Source: a virus. From it: a stretch of 64,000 nt of DNA. Shown here in pieces: positions 26,817 to 37,000 of the stretch; within the stretch, counting starts at the first letter, position 1, and every line of letters begins with the position of its first letter. The stretch lies in the IMG/VR virus record IMGVR_UViG_3300033402_000312; one strand, written 5' to 3'. The position numbers and the translations under genes are program-made. Under the pieces are notes generated by a model that searched no databases, was not told the DNA's origin, and worked only from the letters and a program-made list of their open reading frames with translations.

Positions 26817-27083
26817 ATGGAAGCCCACAAGGAGGCCACGGCGTACCGCGTGGATTTGGTCATTTCCACCGGGGGCTATGCCCCATACACCAGCCGCGAA
26901 GGAACCGACCTCGGCATGGCTCAATCGCTTGCTGCCGGGCTGAAAAGGCAATCGACGGCGGGCCGCATCGTTGAGCTTCCATCCGGCGCTGTGGTGGAGG
27001 AGTGGGGTTCCGATCTCCTGCCCAAATCCCCGAATGCCGTGCGTGACGCAGTCCAAGCCCTCCGCGACAAACGCCCTTTATAG
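26817..27083 (+). CDS. hypothetical protein (plus-strand island in a minus-strand block)
   Basis: 88-aa ORF. Weak support. Confidence 0.3.
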   Translation: MEAHKEATAYRVDLVISTGGYAPYTSREGTDLGMAQSLAAGLKRQSTAGRIVELPSGAVVEEWGSDLLPKSPNAVRDAVQALRDKRPL

Positions 27084-27545
27084 CCTTTTCGCCATGCTGA
27101 TGGCGTGTTTCCCCAAGCCGTAGTAATTTTTTACGAATCCGCACACCCGATAGCCAAGCTGAAAGTAGAGAATTTGCGCCGGGTTCTCGGTGTAGACCTC
27201 CAGCCTCATGTCCTCGTACCCGCGCTGCTTCACAGCTTTCTCGCAGGCAGCGATGAGCTTTGTGGCTGCCCCCTTGCGGCGGTGCGCACGGCTGACGTTG
27301 CACGTCTCGATGTTGATCTTGCGGCCCTTGACAGCGGCGACCAGGAATCCGGCAATGCGGCTGCCGATATAGGCGACCCACGCGAGATTCAGCTTCCGGG
27401 CGAATGTCATCTCGCGGCTAAACTCCGGCTCGTGCCAGCGCAACTCCGGCTCAAAGCACTCGCATTCAATCGCAAACAGTCTTGGCAATTCCTCGTCTTT
27501 GAAGGCGTTGCGGATTGCGACGGGCATCTTACTCGGCATGCCCAA
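27078..27545 (-). CDS. GNAT acetyltransferase
   Basis: CNVSRAHRRKGAATKLIAACEKAVKQRGYEDMRLEV...YFQLGY. Confidence 0.75.
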   Translation of the reverse strand: MGMPSKMPVAIRNAFKDEELPRLFAIECECFEPELRWHEPEFSREMTFARKLNLAWVAYIGSRIAGFLVAAVKGRKINIETCNVSRAHRRKGAATKLIAACEKAVKQRGYEDMRLEVYTENPAQILYFQLGYRVCGFVKNYYGLGKHAISMAKRL

Positions 27546-27975
27546 CTAAATATGCTATTGCTGTTTGCAAAACAGCGATATTTTCCTCCGCGAATCCGAG
27601 AAGACTATTGCACTTTTGGCAGAGCAATCCTCGAAAAGTTTTGTTCCTATCATGGGTATGATCAATATAGGGTTTGCGATCTTCTCCAAACTCCTTTTGG
27701 CAAATAGCGCAACGATTGTTTTGGGTCTGTTTTTGGGTTTCTACCTGTTCAGGCGTTACGTCATACAAACACTTGATGCGCGACGCATATTTACGATCTG
27801 GATAGCGACTTGCCCAAGCACGCGTGGCTTTATGATGGTACTCTGGGTCATTCAAATAGCGTGTTCGACCGCGTTGTCTTCGACACTCTGAACAGTGTGC
27901 TTTACGCCCAGACCCTTGACGAGTAATCGACATATCATGCCCCGCTCGACAAAAAGCTTGTCTGGGTGCTGCCAT
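27529..27975 (-). CDS. recombination endonuclease VII family protein
   Basis: CAICQKEF...YIDHTHDRNKTFRGLLCQKCNSLLG. Confidence 0.8.
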   Translation of the reverse strand: MAAPRQAFCRAGHDMSITRQGSGRKAHCSECRRQRGRTRYLNDPEYHHKATRAWASRYPDRKYASRIKCLYDVTPEQVETQKQTQNNRCAICQKEFGEDRKPYIDHTHDRNKTFRGLLCQKCNSLLGFAEENIAVLQTAIAYLVGHAE

Positions 27976-27978
27976 TTT

Positions 27979-29262
27979 TTATTCCTCTTCGACGAAAATC
28001 GGGGTCACCATTGCTTTACATCGGTGCCGTCGATTTATCAAAAAAAACGCCTGTTTCGGCGGCTCGTACGGCGCTTTGATGTGGATGGCGAACGAATTGT
28101 AGCCGATCAGGGACCCGTTGCAGATGAAGTCCTGGCCGTCGATGAACTGGTGGTGGTGGCCGAACACGTCGAGGTTGACGTCGCGCACCGACTTGTTCCA
28201 GCCAGCAATCGCCTTGTTGACCGTGGGGTAGATGCCGCCCACGCCGCCTGTGCTCTTGATGGCGTGCCCATGGTGGAAGCGGATCACGTAGGGCTTGTCC
28301 TTGTCGAACAGGCGGACGATGGTGTGGTAGCCCGAAGCGATCTGGAAAACTATGCGAGGCTCGTCCTTGAATTGGTCGCGGATGTTGAAGTACATGAAGC
28401 GCTCGATGGAAGTGCCTGCTTCAGTCTTTATGCGCTGCTCGGATGTCATCCTGCCGTGGTTGCCGCTGTGGCATACGATGGTGAGCTTCACGTCCTTGGG
28501 CAAGTGCTCCAGCAGGAACAGCAAGCCGCTGATGATGAAGCTTTGCGCCTTGTACATGGCGTCGGTCGGCTGGAGCAGGTTGCTTTCGGCTAGGTCCTCA
28601 TGGATGCGGTTGGTGATAAAATCCCCAAGCAGGGCGATGATGACTTCCTTGATTTCGGTCTCCTTCGACTCTTTCTCGTACAAGCGAAGGGCGCTCTGCC
28701 AAGCCTTGATCACGCGCTTCTCGGCGATCTCAAGGTTGAACTCGTTCACGCCGCTGACGTCGTTCGGATCAACAGGCTCCTCGATGTGCCAGTCCGAAAA
28801 GACGACCACAGCGACGGAATAGCTGCTGCCGCTGCTCCTCCTCGGGAGGATGTCGATGATCTGGGGGGTGTGCTGGTCGAGGCCGATCAGGAGCGAAACC
28901 TGCTCCTCAAGTTCTTTGATGCGGTTGAGGGACTCGTTGTATTTCTGCTGCGTGCCCTCTTTCTTGACGGCAACCTTTTCAAGGTCAACCTTCAGCCTAT
29001 CTTCCGGGGTCAATTCGACCGGCGCTGCCTTGGGCGACGCCAAAGCCTCGGGCTGCCCCCCTCCGGCCTCGATGAATGCCTTGAAGGTTGGAAAATACTC
29101 CGCCCATGCGATGTCCGCATATTCGCCATGTTTGCGGTAAAAATCTCTTGTGATCGTGGCGTCTGGGAAATTCCTGCGGATTTTCTTGATGTCCGCGACC
29201 AGTTTCTTGCGCGTGCCGTGAGTCGGCTTCTGTCCCGGCTCTGTCCTTGAGGGCTTGTTCAT
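27979..29262 (-). CDS. calcineurin-like metallophosphoesterase with N-terminal coiled coil
   Basis: VVVFSDWH, LLGDFITNR, CHSGNHG and VFGHHHQ phosphoesterase motifs. ATG at 29262 is preferred over the listed TTG at 29283. Confidence 0.75.
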   Translation of the reverse strand: MNKPSRTEPGQKPTHGTRKKLVADIKKIRRNFPDATITRDFYRKHGEYADIAWAEYFPTFKAFIEAGGGQPEALASPKAAPVELTPEDRLKVDLEKVAVKKEGTQQKYNESLNRIKELEEQVSLLIGLDQHTPQIIDILPRRSSGSSYSVAVVVFSDWHIEEPVDPNDVSGVNEFNLEIAEKRVIKAWQSALRLYEKESKETEIKEVIIALLGDFITNRIHEDLAESNLLQPTDAMYKAQSFIISGLLFLLEHLPKDVKLTIVCHSGNHGRMTSEQRIKTEAGTSIERFMYFNIRDQFKDEPRIVFQIASGYHTIVRLFDKDKPYVIRFHHGHAIKSTGGVGGIYPTVNKAIAGWNKSVRDVNLDVFGHHHQFIDGQDFICNGSLIGYNSFAIHIKAPYEPPKQAFFLINRRHRCKAMVTPIFVEEE

Positions 29263-29442
29263 TGACAAGGGGTGTGCCTCCAAAAATGTTCTGCCTTACT
29301 AATGAGGCAGGAAGCGGCTGCATCCGATAGATACTGCGCATTCTGGGACTTGCAGAATTGCCAGTGCTCGACTCTTGACCAAACTATCCGTTTCAAGGTA
29401 GAGGAGGGCTGTCTTGGCACGCGCCGGAATTCCAACAAAACC

Positions 29443-31002
29443 ATGAAATCCGTAACCGCAGACAAGCTGCCCAACATGCACTCCACGGAATTCAAGGGAA
29501 TCCCGCTCGTCGTCCAATGGCCTAAGGGGAGCACACGCGTCGGCGAGCGCGGCGACGGCACCCCGTTCAAGATCGAGATGAAGGCAGACTACGGCTACAT
29601 CCCCGCCACAGTTGACATCGATGCGGACGACCACCTTGACGTCTACATCGGCCCGCACAGGGATTCCGAGTACGCATACGTGCTGGAGCAGTTGCGGAGC
29701 GGGGCGTTCGACGAGTACAAGATCATGCTCGGCTACGAATCGCTGGAGGAGGCGGAACGCTCCTACCTCGACCACCTGCCCGAGGACATGCTTGGGGAAA
29801 TCTACGAGGTGCCGTTCGACGACCTTTTCGACGCGTACAAAAAGGAAGAGGTAAAGGGCAAAACGGACGAAGCGGAAATCCACGAGGAGCGTGCCGAAAA
29901 GCACAAGCAGGGCGACGAGAAGCTCTCTTTGATCGACGCTTTCGTCAAGCTGTACAAGCACGAGTTCGAGTACTTCGACAAGGTCGCCGACGAGGTGCAC
30001 GACCAGCTTTCCGAGGTGCTCCAGGAAGCGGGCATCCGCGCCATCGTGACCTACCGCGCCAAGAAGCCCCGCAAGCTCAAGGGAAAGCTCCTTGAGCGCA
30101 GCAAGGCAAAGAACTACCAGTCCTTCCAGGACATCTACGACGACATCGTAGACCTCGCCGGAGTCCGCGTGGCGCTGTACCTGCCCAACGACCGCGCCGC
30201 CGTGGGGCAACTCATCGAGCAGCGGTTCACCCTGATGCGGAAGCCCAAGAATTTCCCCGAAGACAAGGGACCGAAAGACAGCATAGGCTACGTCGCCACG
30301 CACTACCTCGTCAGGCTCAAGCCGGAAACCCTCCACAAGGACGAATACCAGTATGCAGACACAAACGTCGAGATTCAGATCGCGTCCGTGCTCATGCACG
30401 CGTGGGCCGAAGTCACCCACGACCTCCTCTACAAGCCCCAAAACGGCACCACCCTCACCCCCGAAGAAGTAGCGATGATCGACGACCTGAACCGGGTCGT
30501 GCAGGAAGGCGAGGCCGTCCTTGAGAGGCTTCAGCAGTCCGTCGAAAGCCGCAGCCATGAAGACCTGCGCTTCGAGCTTGCCGCTGCCCTGACCAGGCTG
30601 GCGAAAAGGCTGGAAACCCAGTCCAAGGGGCGGGCAATCCGCAGGATCACCGCCAGCGACGTCAGGGCTGTCGCCAAGCAAGCGGCGGGAGACCTTTACG
30701 CCTCGCTGATGCAGTGCATGAAAGACCTCGGCTGGAACTACGCGGAGAACGACAACTGGTCGGACCCCATCAAGCCGCAAGAGCAAATCCAAGTGTTCCG
30801 CGACGGCTGGCTGCACCGCGCATGGGACAAGATCAAGGGGAGCGGCAGCACGGCGCAGGAGCTTCAGGAATACCTTGGGAGGCACGGTTTGGGCGACGCC
30901 AAGCACCCGCACAGGCTGCCGAACCAGCCCCCGCTGCCGCCGCACGTGAGCTACCTGAGAGCCAAGCTCGCGCTGTGGAAGGCGTACAGCAAGTCGCTTT
31001 GA
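29443..31002 (+). CDS. RelA/SpoT-like nucleotidyltransferase (small alarmone synthetase-like) with large extensions
   Basis: DLAGVRVALYLPND...GYVATHYLVRL...TNVEIQIASVLMHAWAEVTHDLLYK matches the RelA_SpoT synthetase core. Internal ATG 29443 is used because the upstream part overlaps the divergent gene. Confidence 0.75.
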   Translation: MKSVTADKLPNMHSTEFKGIPLVVQWPKGSTRVGERGDGTPFKIEMKADYGYIPATVDIDADDHLDVYIGPHRDSEYAYVLEQLRSGAFDEYKIMLGYESLEEAERSYLDHLPEDMLGEIYEVPFDDLFDAYKKEEVKGKTDEAEIHEERAEKHKQGDEKLSLIDAFVKLYKHEFEYFDKVADEVHDQLSEVLQEAGIRAIVTYRAKKPRKLKGKLLERSKAKNYQSFQDIYDDIVDLAGVRVALYLPNDRAAVGQLIEQRFTLMRKPKNFPEDKGPKDSIGYVATHYLVRLKPETLHKDEYQYADTNVEIQIASVLMHAWAEVTHDLLYKPQNGTTLTPEEVAMIDDLNRVVQEGEAVLERLQQSVESRSHEDLRFELAAALTRLAKRLETQSKGRAIRRITASDVRAVAKQAAGDLYASLMQCMKDLGWNYAENDNWSDPIKPQEQIQVFRDGWLHRAWDKIKGSGSTAQELQEYLGRHGLGDAKHPHRLPNQPPLPPHVSYLRAKLALWKAYSKSL

Positions 31003-31080
31003 CCGATTTTTCCGAAAAAACGTTTACAAAATCCCTAAGCAGCGGGGAAGATAAAATCCCCTAAGCAAAATAAGGGATTG

Positions 31081-34000
31081 ATGAGCTTGCTGGACAAAAA
31101 GACGGCCAAGCAGTACGAAAACGCCAGTACGCAGATCAACGTGCCCCCGGAGGTCGCCGCCGAGATCGCCCGCATAGGGAAGAAACTGATCCCGGACGGG
31201 CACCTTGCAGGCGACGGCAGAGTTGAAGTTCTGCATGTCACAATAAAGTACGGCGTGCAGCCGAACGAACACGTCCTCCAGCAAGCCTTGGCTGGGCACA
31301 AATCCTTCGAGGTTGTGCTCGGAAAGACCACGATATTCCCCGAGGCGAGCACCGAAGCCACCCCGGTGGTGATCGAAGTCCACGGTCATGAGTTCGAGGC
31401 GCTCCACGAGACAGTCGCTGCTGTCATGGGCATCCTGCCCGACGACTTCCCTTACACCCCGCACATCACCATCGCCTACGTCAAGCAAAAAGAAGCGCAG
31501 CACTACGCCGGGAAGGACGACTTTGTCGGCATCGAGTTTGTCGCCGACGCCGTAACCCTGTCCATATTCGACGACGACAACCAGGTTGACGTCCCGCTGG
31601 CGAAAGCCGCCGCAGAGGCTATCTTAGGAGGGAGAAACACAAAAGCGTGGCTTCTTCCCAACGGTAGATTCCAGACATGGGAGTTTATCGAGCATCCTTT
31701 GGTAGAACCTGAGATGTCACCCGCCATCCGTGTTGGGCGAGGTCCCTCGGGGCATGCTTACGCCCAGATAACAGAACCGCCGACTAACGCCCAGATGAGC
31801 GCCCTCGCAGACTTGGACAAGTTCGAAAAAGGATTATTCGTTGAGATCAAAGATAAAAACTCAGATACCGTGTATGAGGGCGTCCCCGTAAGGTTTTCTG
31901 AAATTCGTCATGCGGTGAACTCTGCTTTTCCCAAAACTGCCGCGTCCCCGGCTGTAATGCCCGAAATTCCCGAGGTTGTGCCGCAGGTTCCGCAGGAACA
32001 GCCTGAAGACGAGGAAGAGGTGCAGCGCGACGAGCCTGCCACGGGAGAGAAGCGGGAGGAACCGAAGCGCCAAAGGCAGCCGAAGAACAGGCTCCTCCGG
32101 CCGAAGCAGCCCAAGCAGAGGGCACCGAAACCCCCCGTCCAAACCACGAACTTCAAGAGGTGGTTCGGCAAATCCAAGGTGCGCGACGACAGCGGCAAGC
32201 CGCTGGTGGTCTACCATGGCACGACGCATGATTTCGAGGCGTTCGACCCGAGCCAGGGCAACGTGGAGAACCACTACGGCAGGGCACTGTACTTCACGTC
32301 CTCCAAGACCGACTTGGCGGAAAACTACGCGACAGAGGCGGGGCCGGACATCACCCAACGCATCGAACTGACCGCCGAGCGCATCTTCAACGACTTGCAG
32401 GAGGAGTGGGACGAGGAGCACCCCGGCGAGGAGTTCCCGCCATACAGTTCGGACGAATACCAAAAGTTAATGGAAGAAGCGAGGCAGCAGGCGAAAAAGC
32501 AAATCGCTGGGCAGAGCCAAGGCGTGAGCATGCCCGTCTACCTCAGCCTCCAGAACCCGGTCGTCGTGCAGAAGAACGGCGGCACCGGGTTCGAACTCAA
32601 CATCGACGAGGACGGCAACGAGTCCGGCAGCGCATTAACCCTGTACCACGCGATGTTGCGCGTGGCAGGAAACTATCACCATACTGATGCGCAAGAAATA
32701 TGGGTCGATCTCATCGAACATAACGGCGAGTCGTTCAATGCCTGGGATTTCGAGCGGCAAGTTCGCAACGCGGGACATTACGTTGAGGACGACGAAGGGA
32801 ACCTGGCAAGCGGCAGCTTCATCGCAGATGTTTACCGAGAGATGGGCTTCGACGGCATCATCCAAGACGCCTACGCCGAGTTTGGGGTCGGTCAATACGG
32901 CAGAATGAAGATGGAGCCGGGCACGAAGCACTACATCGTCTGGGACCCACGCAAGGTCAAGAGCGCCATCGGCAACGTGGGCAAGTTCGACCCGGCGAAC
33001 CCCAGCATCACGGCCGCGAGCAGGCAGTACCCCGCCACGGAAGAGTGGATCGGCAGGGCGAAGAAGTTCCTGAGGGAAAAGTGGGCGCAGCGCAACGACG
33101 AAATGGGGCGCGGAGAAATTCCAAGCAACCTTGAAGGCGCGTGCAAGTTCGCGTCGCTGTTCGCCAAGGAGCTTTTCGGCGGCAGGATCGTCGGCAACCC
33201 CGAACACCAAGTTGTCCAGCACGTGTACCAGATCATCGACTTGACCGACCGATACGACCCGAATACGTTCCGCCACGACAAGGAATGGTTCGGGAACCCC
33301 GAGCATCAGGAATCCATGCAGTCTTGCATGCCCCGCGTGAAACAGTGGGCAGAGGAGTTCAGGCAAAAGCACCCGCTTGAGTCCGAGACCGATGCTAAAC
33401 TCGCAAGCGACTACCACCGAAATGTCGGCTGGCTCCTGCATGACGGCAGCTTCAAGCCCCTAATCAAAGGCGAGAGCCACCGCGAGGGGGCTGTGCGCCT
33501 CGGGCTTTCAACCGACCCGCAGGACATGACCGAGGCTTTCGACAAGGGGGCCGTGCGGGTCAGCGGGAACCAGTATACGAGCCTTGAGTTCAAGATGCTG
33601 TCGCCGAACATCGCTTCCCTGCTCCTGGACTTCATCCTACAAAAACGCAGCGACGCAAAGACAATCACCTTCGACTGGTTCAGGCCGCGACGGGCAGAGC
33701 AGGAATTCAACAGCGTGGACGACGCCGTCGAGTGGCTGGACAACCCGTTCGCCGTGATGGCTTCCGCCAAATCCGCCGCTGGCTTTAACAAGCGCGTTAT
33801 CAGCATCGACGACCTTCCGGGGGAGGCGAAAGCCGACTTGGCGGCGGAGATCGCCGAGCATCTGACCGCCATCGGATTCCAGCCCCCGTGGCAGGAGAGC
33901 GGGGCGGTGGAGGCCAACGACCTGCGCCCGGAACTGTTCGACCTCGCCGACCCGCCGCTGGTCACGGTGTACGACGCCCCGGTCGAAAGCCTGCACAAGA

Positions 34001-37000
34001 CGCTAGACCGCAAGTACGACCCCGGCGACGGCGTCGTCAGGAAATACGTGGAAATGCTGAAATCCGGCGTGGAGTTCGACCCGATCTTCGTGAACAACGG
34101 CGAATTCTCGGACGGCGGGCACCGCCTCGAAGCCTACTATCGCGCCGGGCGCAAGACCATCCCGGTCGCCGAAATCGGCCCGTTCCTGAACGCCCCTGCC
34201 GAGTTCTGGCAGCGCTGGCTCTCGGGCGACGAGAATGCAAAGTTCGCAGCGTTTCCGAAGACGGCCTTGAACGTGCCCCGCCTCGTGAAGGACTTTGGGC
34301 AGAAGCTTGTTGCCCGCGCAGAGCGGGACCACTCCGCGCCTACGGTGCCCCCGCCGCGGCCGGGAGCGGAACCCGCGACGAGGGAACAGCAGGTGGAGCA
34401 GCGGGCGACGACGCTCGTCAACTCCATCGCGCAGTCCGACCCGTCCCCCAACAAGGAATACACGGCGTGGATCGTGGGCAACTACGCCAGGGGCGGCATC
34501 AACCGCTGGGAGGACATCAAGTCCCGCGCCATTCCGGCGCTCAAGCGCTTCAATACCCTGAAAATCACCAGGAAGCTGCCCCTCGAAGAGCGCGACATCA
34601 TGAAGGTCAAGGGCATGAAGGGGCTTGAAGACCTCATGGAGAAGTACAAGGAGGTCGAGGCAATCTCTGAGACCCAAAAGGAAAAGGAGGTGGAGGCGGC
34701 TTTCTTCCAGAACGGCGGCGCGGCGATGGTGCATGACGACCCCCAGATCAAAGTCGTCACCCCCAAGACCAAGGAAGCAGCTTGCTTCTTCGGCATCAAC
34801 ACGCGCTGGTGTACATCGGCGCAGAACAGCTACAACTATTTCGAGAGCTACAACAAGAAGGGTCCGCTGTACATCGTGCTCATCAAGGCGAACAACCAGC
34901 GCTTCCAATTCCATTTTGAGACCGAGTCGTACATGGACGAGCGCGACAACGCGGTCGATCCGTGGGACTTGACCTCCCAGTACCCGGTGCTCAAGAAAAT
35001 CTTCCAGCCCGTCGTTCTCGGATTCATGCGGAACAACGCGAACATCAGGGCCAGCTTCGTGGCTTTCGTTGAGAAGCCCACCACGGAGATGATGCTGGCT
35101 GCCGTGGACGAAGACCCGTCCGCCATCGACCATTTCCCGAACGCCCCGCAGGAGGTCAAGTGGAGGGCATTTTGCCGCCGAATGGGGTTCTCGGAAGAGA
35201 ATTACGACAAGAAGCTGAAGGGCTTCGTTGTCGCGGAATACGAGAACGTGGAGGAGTTCGCCGAGGAGCGGGGAAACGACACCGCGAAGTGGGCTGCCGG
35301 GATTTCGAGCGGCAAGGAAGACTGGGACTCCGATGGCTCCGGGTTCGAGGCAAGCACTGTGCTGGACGCGTGCAAGCCGACCACCATAGCCGAGATCAAC
35401 GAGTACATCAAGTTCCACCACGACGCCTCGCTCCAGCCTTGGCTCAAAGCCAACGAGGAAACATTCCCCCTCGATGCCAGCAAGATCGAGCAGTTCATGA
35501 CCGACGAAGGGCTGGACGATGTCGAGGACAAGCTCCGGTCCGGCTGGTACAGCGGCGAGGAATCGGGGGCGCAGGACGAGGTTATCGGCGCGTTCAAGAG
35601 CGCCTTGACGGACATTAACCGCAGCACCACGGAAAACGGCACGGTAATCGTCTTCGACCAGGCAAATATGTGGGACAGCAAGGTCTTGGAAATCCTGCCG
35701 CTTGCCGAAGCCGAGAACATGGTCAAGGAGAACCCCGGCGACACGGACCTATGGGACAGTTCCGACAGGTACCACGAGAACGAAATCCTCAAGGTCGAGC
35801 AGCCGTACTACGGCTTTTCCGGCTTCAGCGAGGAGGCGTGCAACGAGCGCATCTCCGAGGAGTTCTACATCTCCGACAAGGAGCGCAAGGAAAGAGCGGG
35901 GCAGCAACCGGAACTTCCCCTAGCCGCACCGGCAAAGAAAAAGCGCAGGAAAACCAAGGCGTCGCTGCTGGAAAAGCGGGGCGTGCGCGAGAAGAGCGTG
36001 GACGACCTCGGGCTGGCGAAAAAGGTCATGCGCGAGCTTATCCCCGTCCTCGGCGAGCAATTGCCGGAGCCGGAACTGAAGGTCGTGAACCAGCCGAGGG
36101 CGGGGTGGCTCGGGCGGGACACGTGGCGCGTCGGCATCCAGAATGGCAAGCCGACTTGGGGTGACAACACGACCATCGAGCTTCAGGCGTACATCCTGAA
36201 TGATGAAAACACTCTGCGCCGGATCATTGCGCACGAGCTTGCGCACCATGCCGACGCGCTGGTCAACGGCGTCGAGGAAATGAAGAAGGTCAACGACAAG
36301 TGGACGTACAAGTGGTTCTTGCGCGAGAACAGAGGCAGGGGCCACGGCATGACGTGGAAGCAGTATGCGCAGAAGTTCAACGCCAAGTACGGTGCGGACT
36401 TCGTCACTGAGAAGTCCGACGAGTCGTACGTGACGGAAGAGCAGGAATTAAGACCGTACCACATCCTGCTCAAGCGGGACTATGACGGGAAGCTCGCCTA
36501 CGAGGTTTCGTCCCGCATTTCGCCGAAGATGAAGAGAATCCTCGATAGGATGGCGAGCAACAAGGACGGCACGGAATACCGCCTCACGCAGACTAACGAC
36601 CGTGACTTCTACGAGGGGCAACTCATCAGTTCATACTACTGGAACCACCCGAAGGAGCCGGAGAAGCAGGCGAAGCTGGAAGCGCTCTGGGAGAAAGGGC
36701 AGAGGGTTCTGCCGACCGGAACGGCGAAGGAGCAAGATGAACTGGTGAGACTGTGGAACGAAGCCAAGGAGCGCAGCAAGGCGAGGGGCAAGGCGAAGGT
36801 CTCCGACGCCCACAGCGACAGAGCCAAGACCTTCCCTGACGCCGATGCTTTCTTGAAGGAGCACTACACGGGGTTTATCCCCAGCAACGCTTACGACAGC
36901 AAAGACTGGTCTATGTGGAAAAGGGAGGATTTCCCGGTCCTCCTCAAGACCTTCACTCTCAAGGACGGCACGGAAGTCGAACTCCGCAAGACAGGAGAAC

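Noticed and set aside
29443-29800. Possible inorganic-pyrophosphatase-like motif (DYGYIPATVDIDADDHLDV) at the N-terminus of the RelA/SpoT-like protein.
   Set aside because: Only one short signature-like string. Not enough to call a pyrophosphatase domain.
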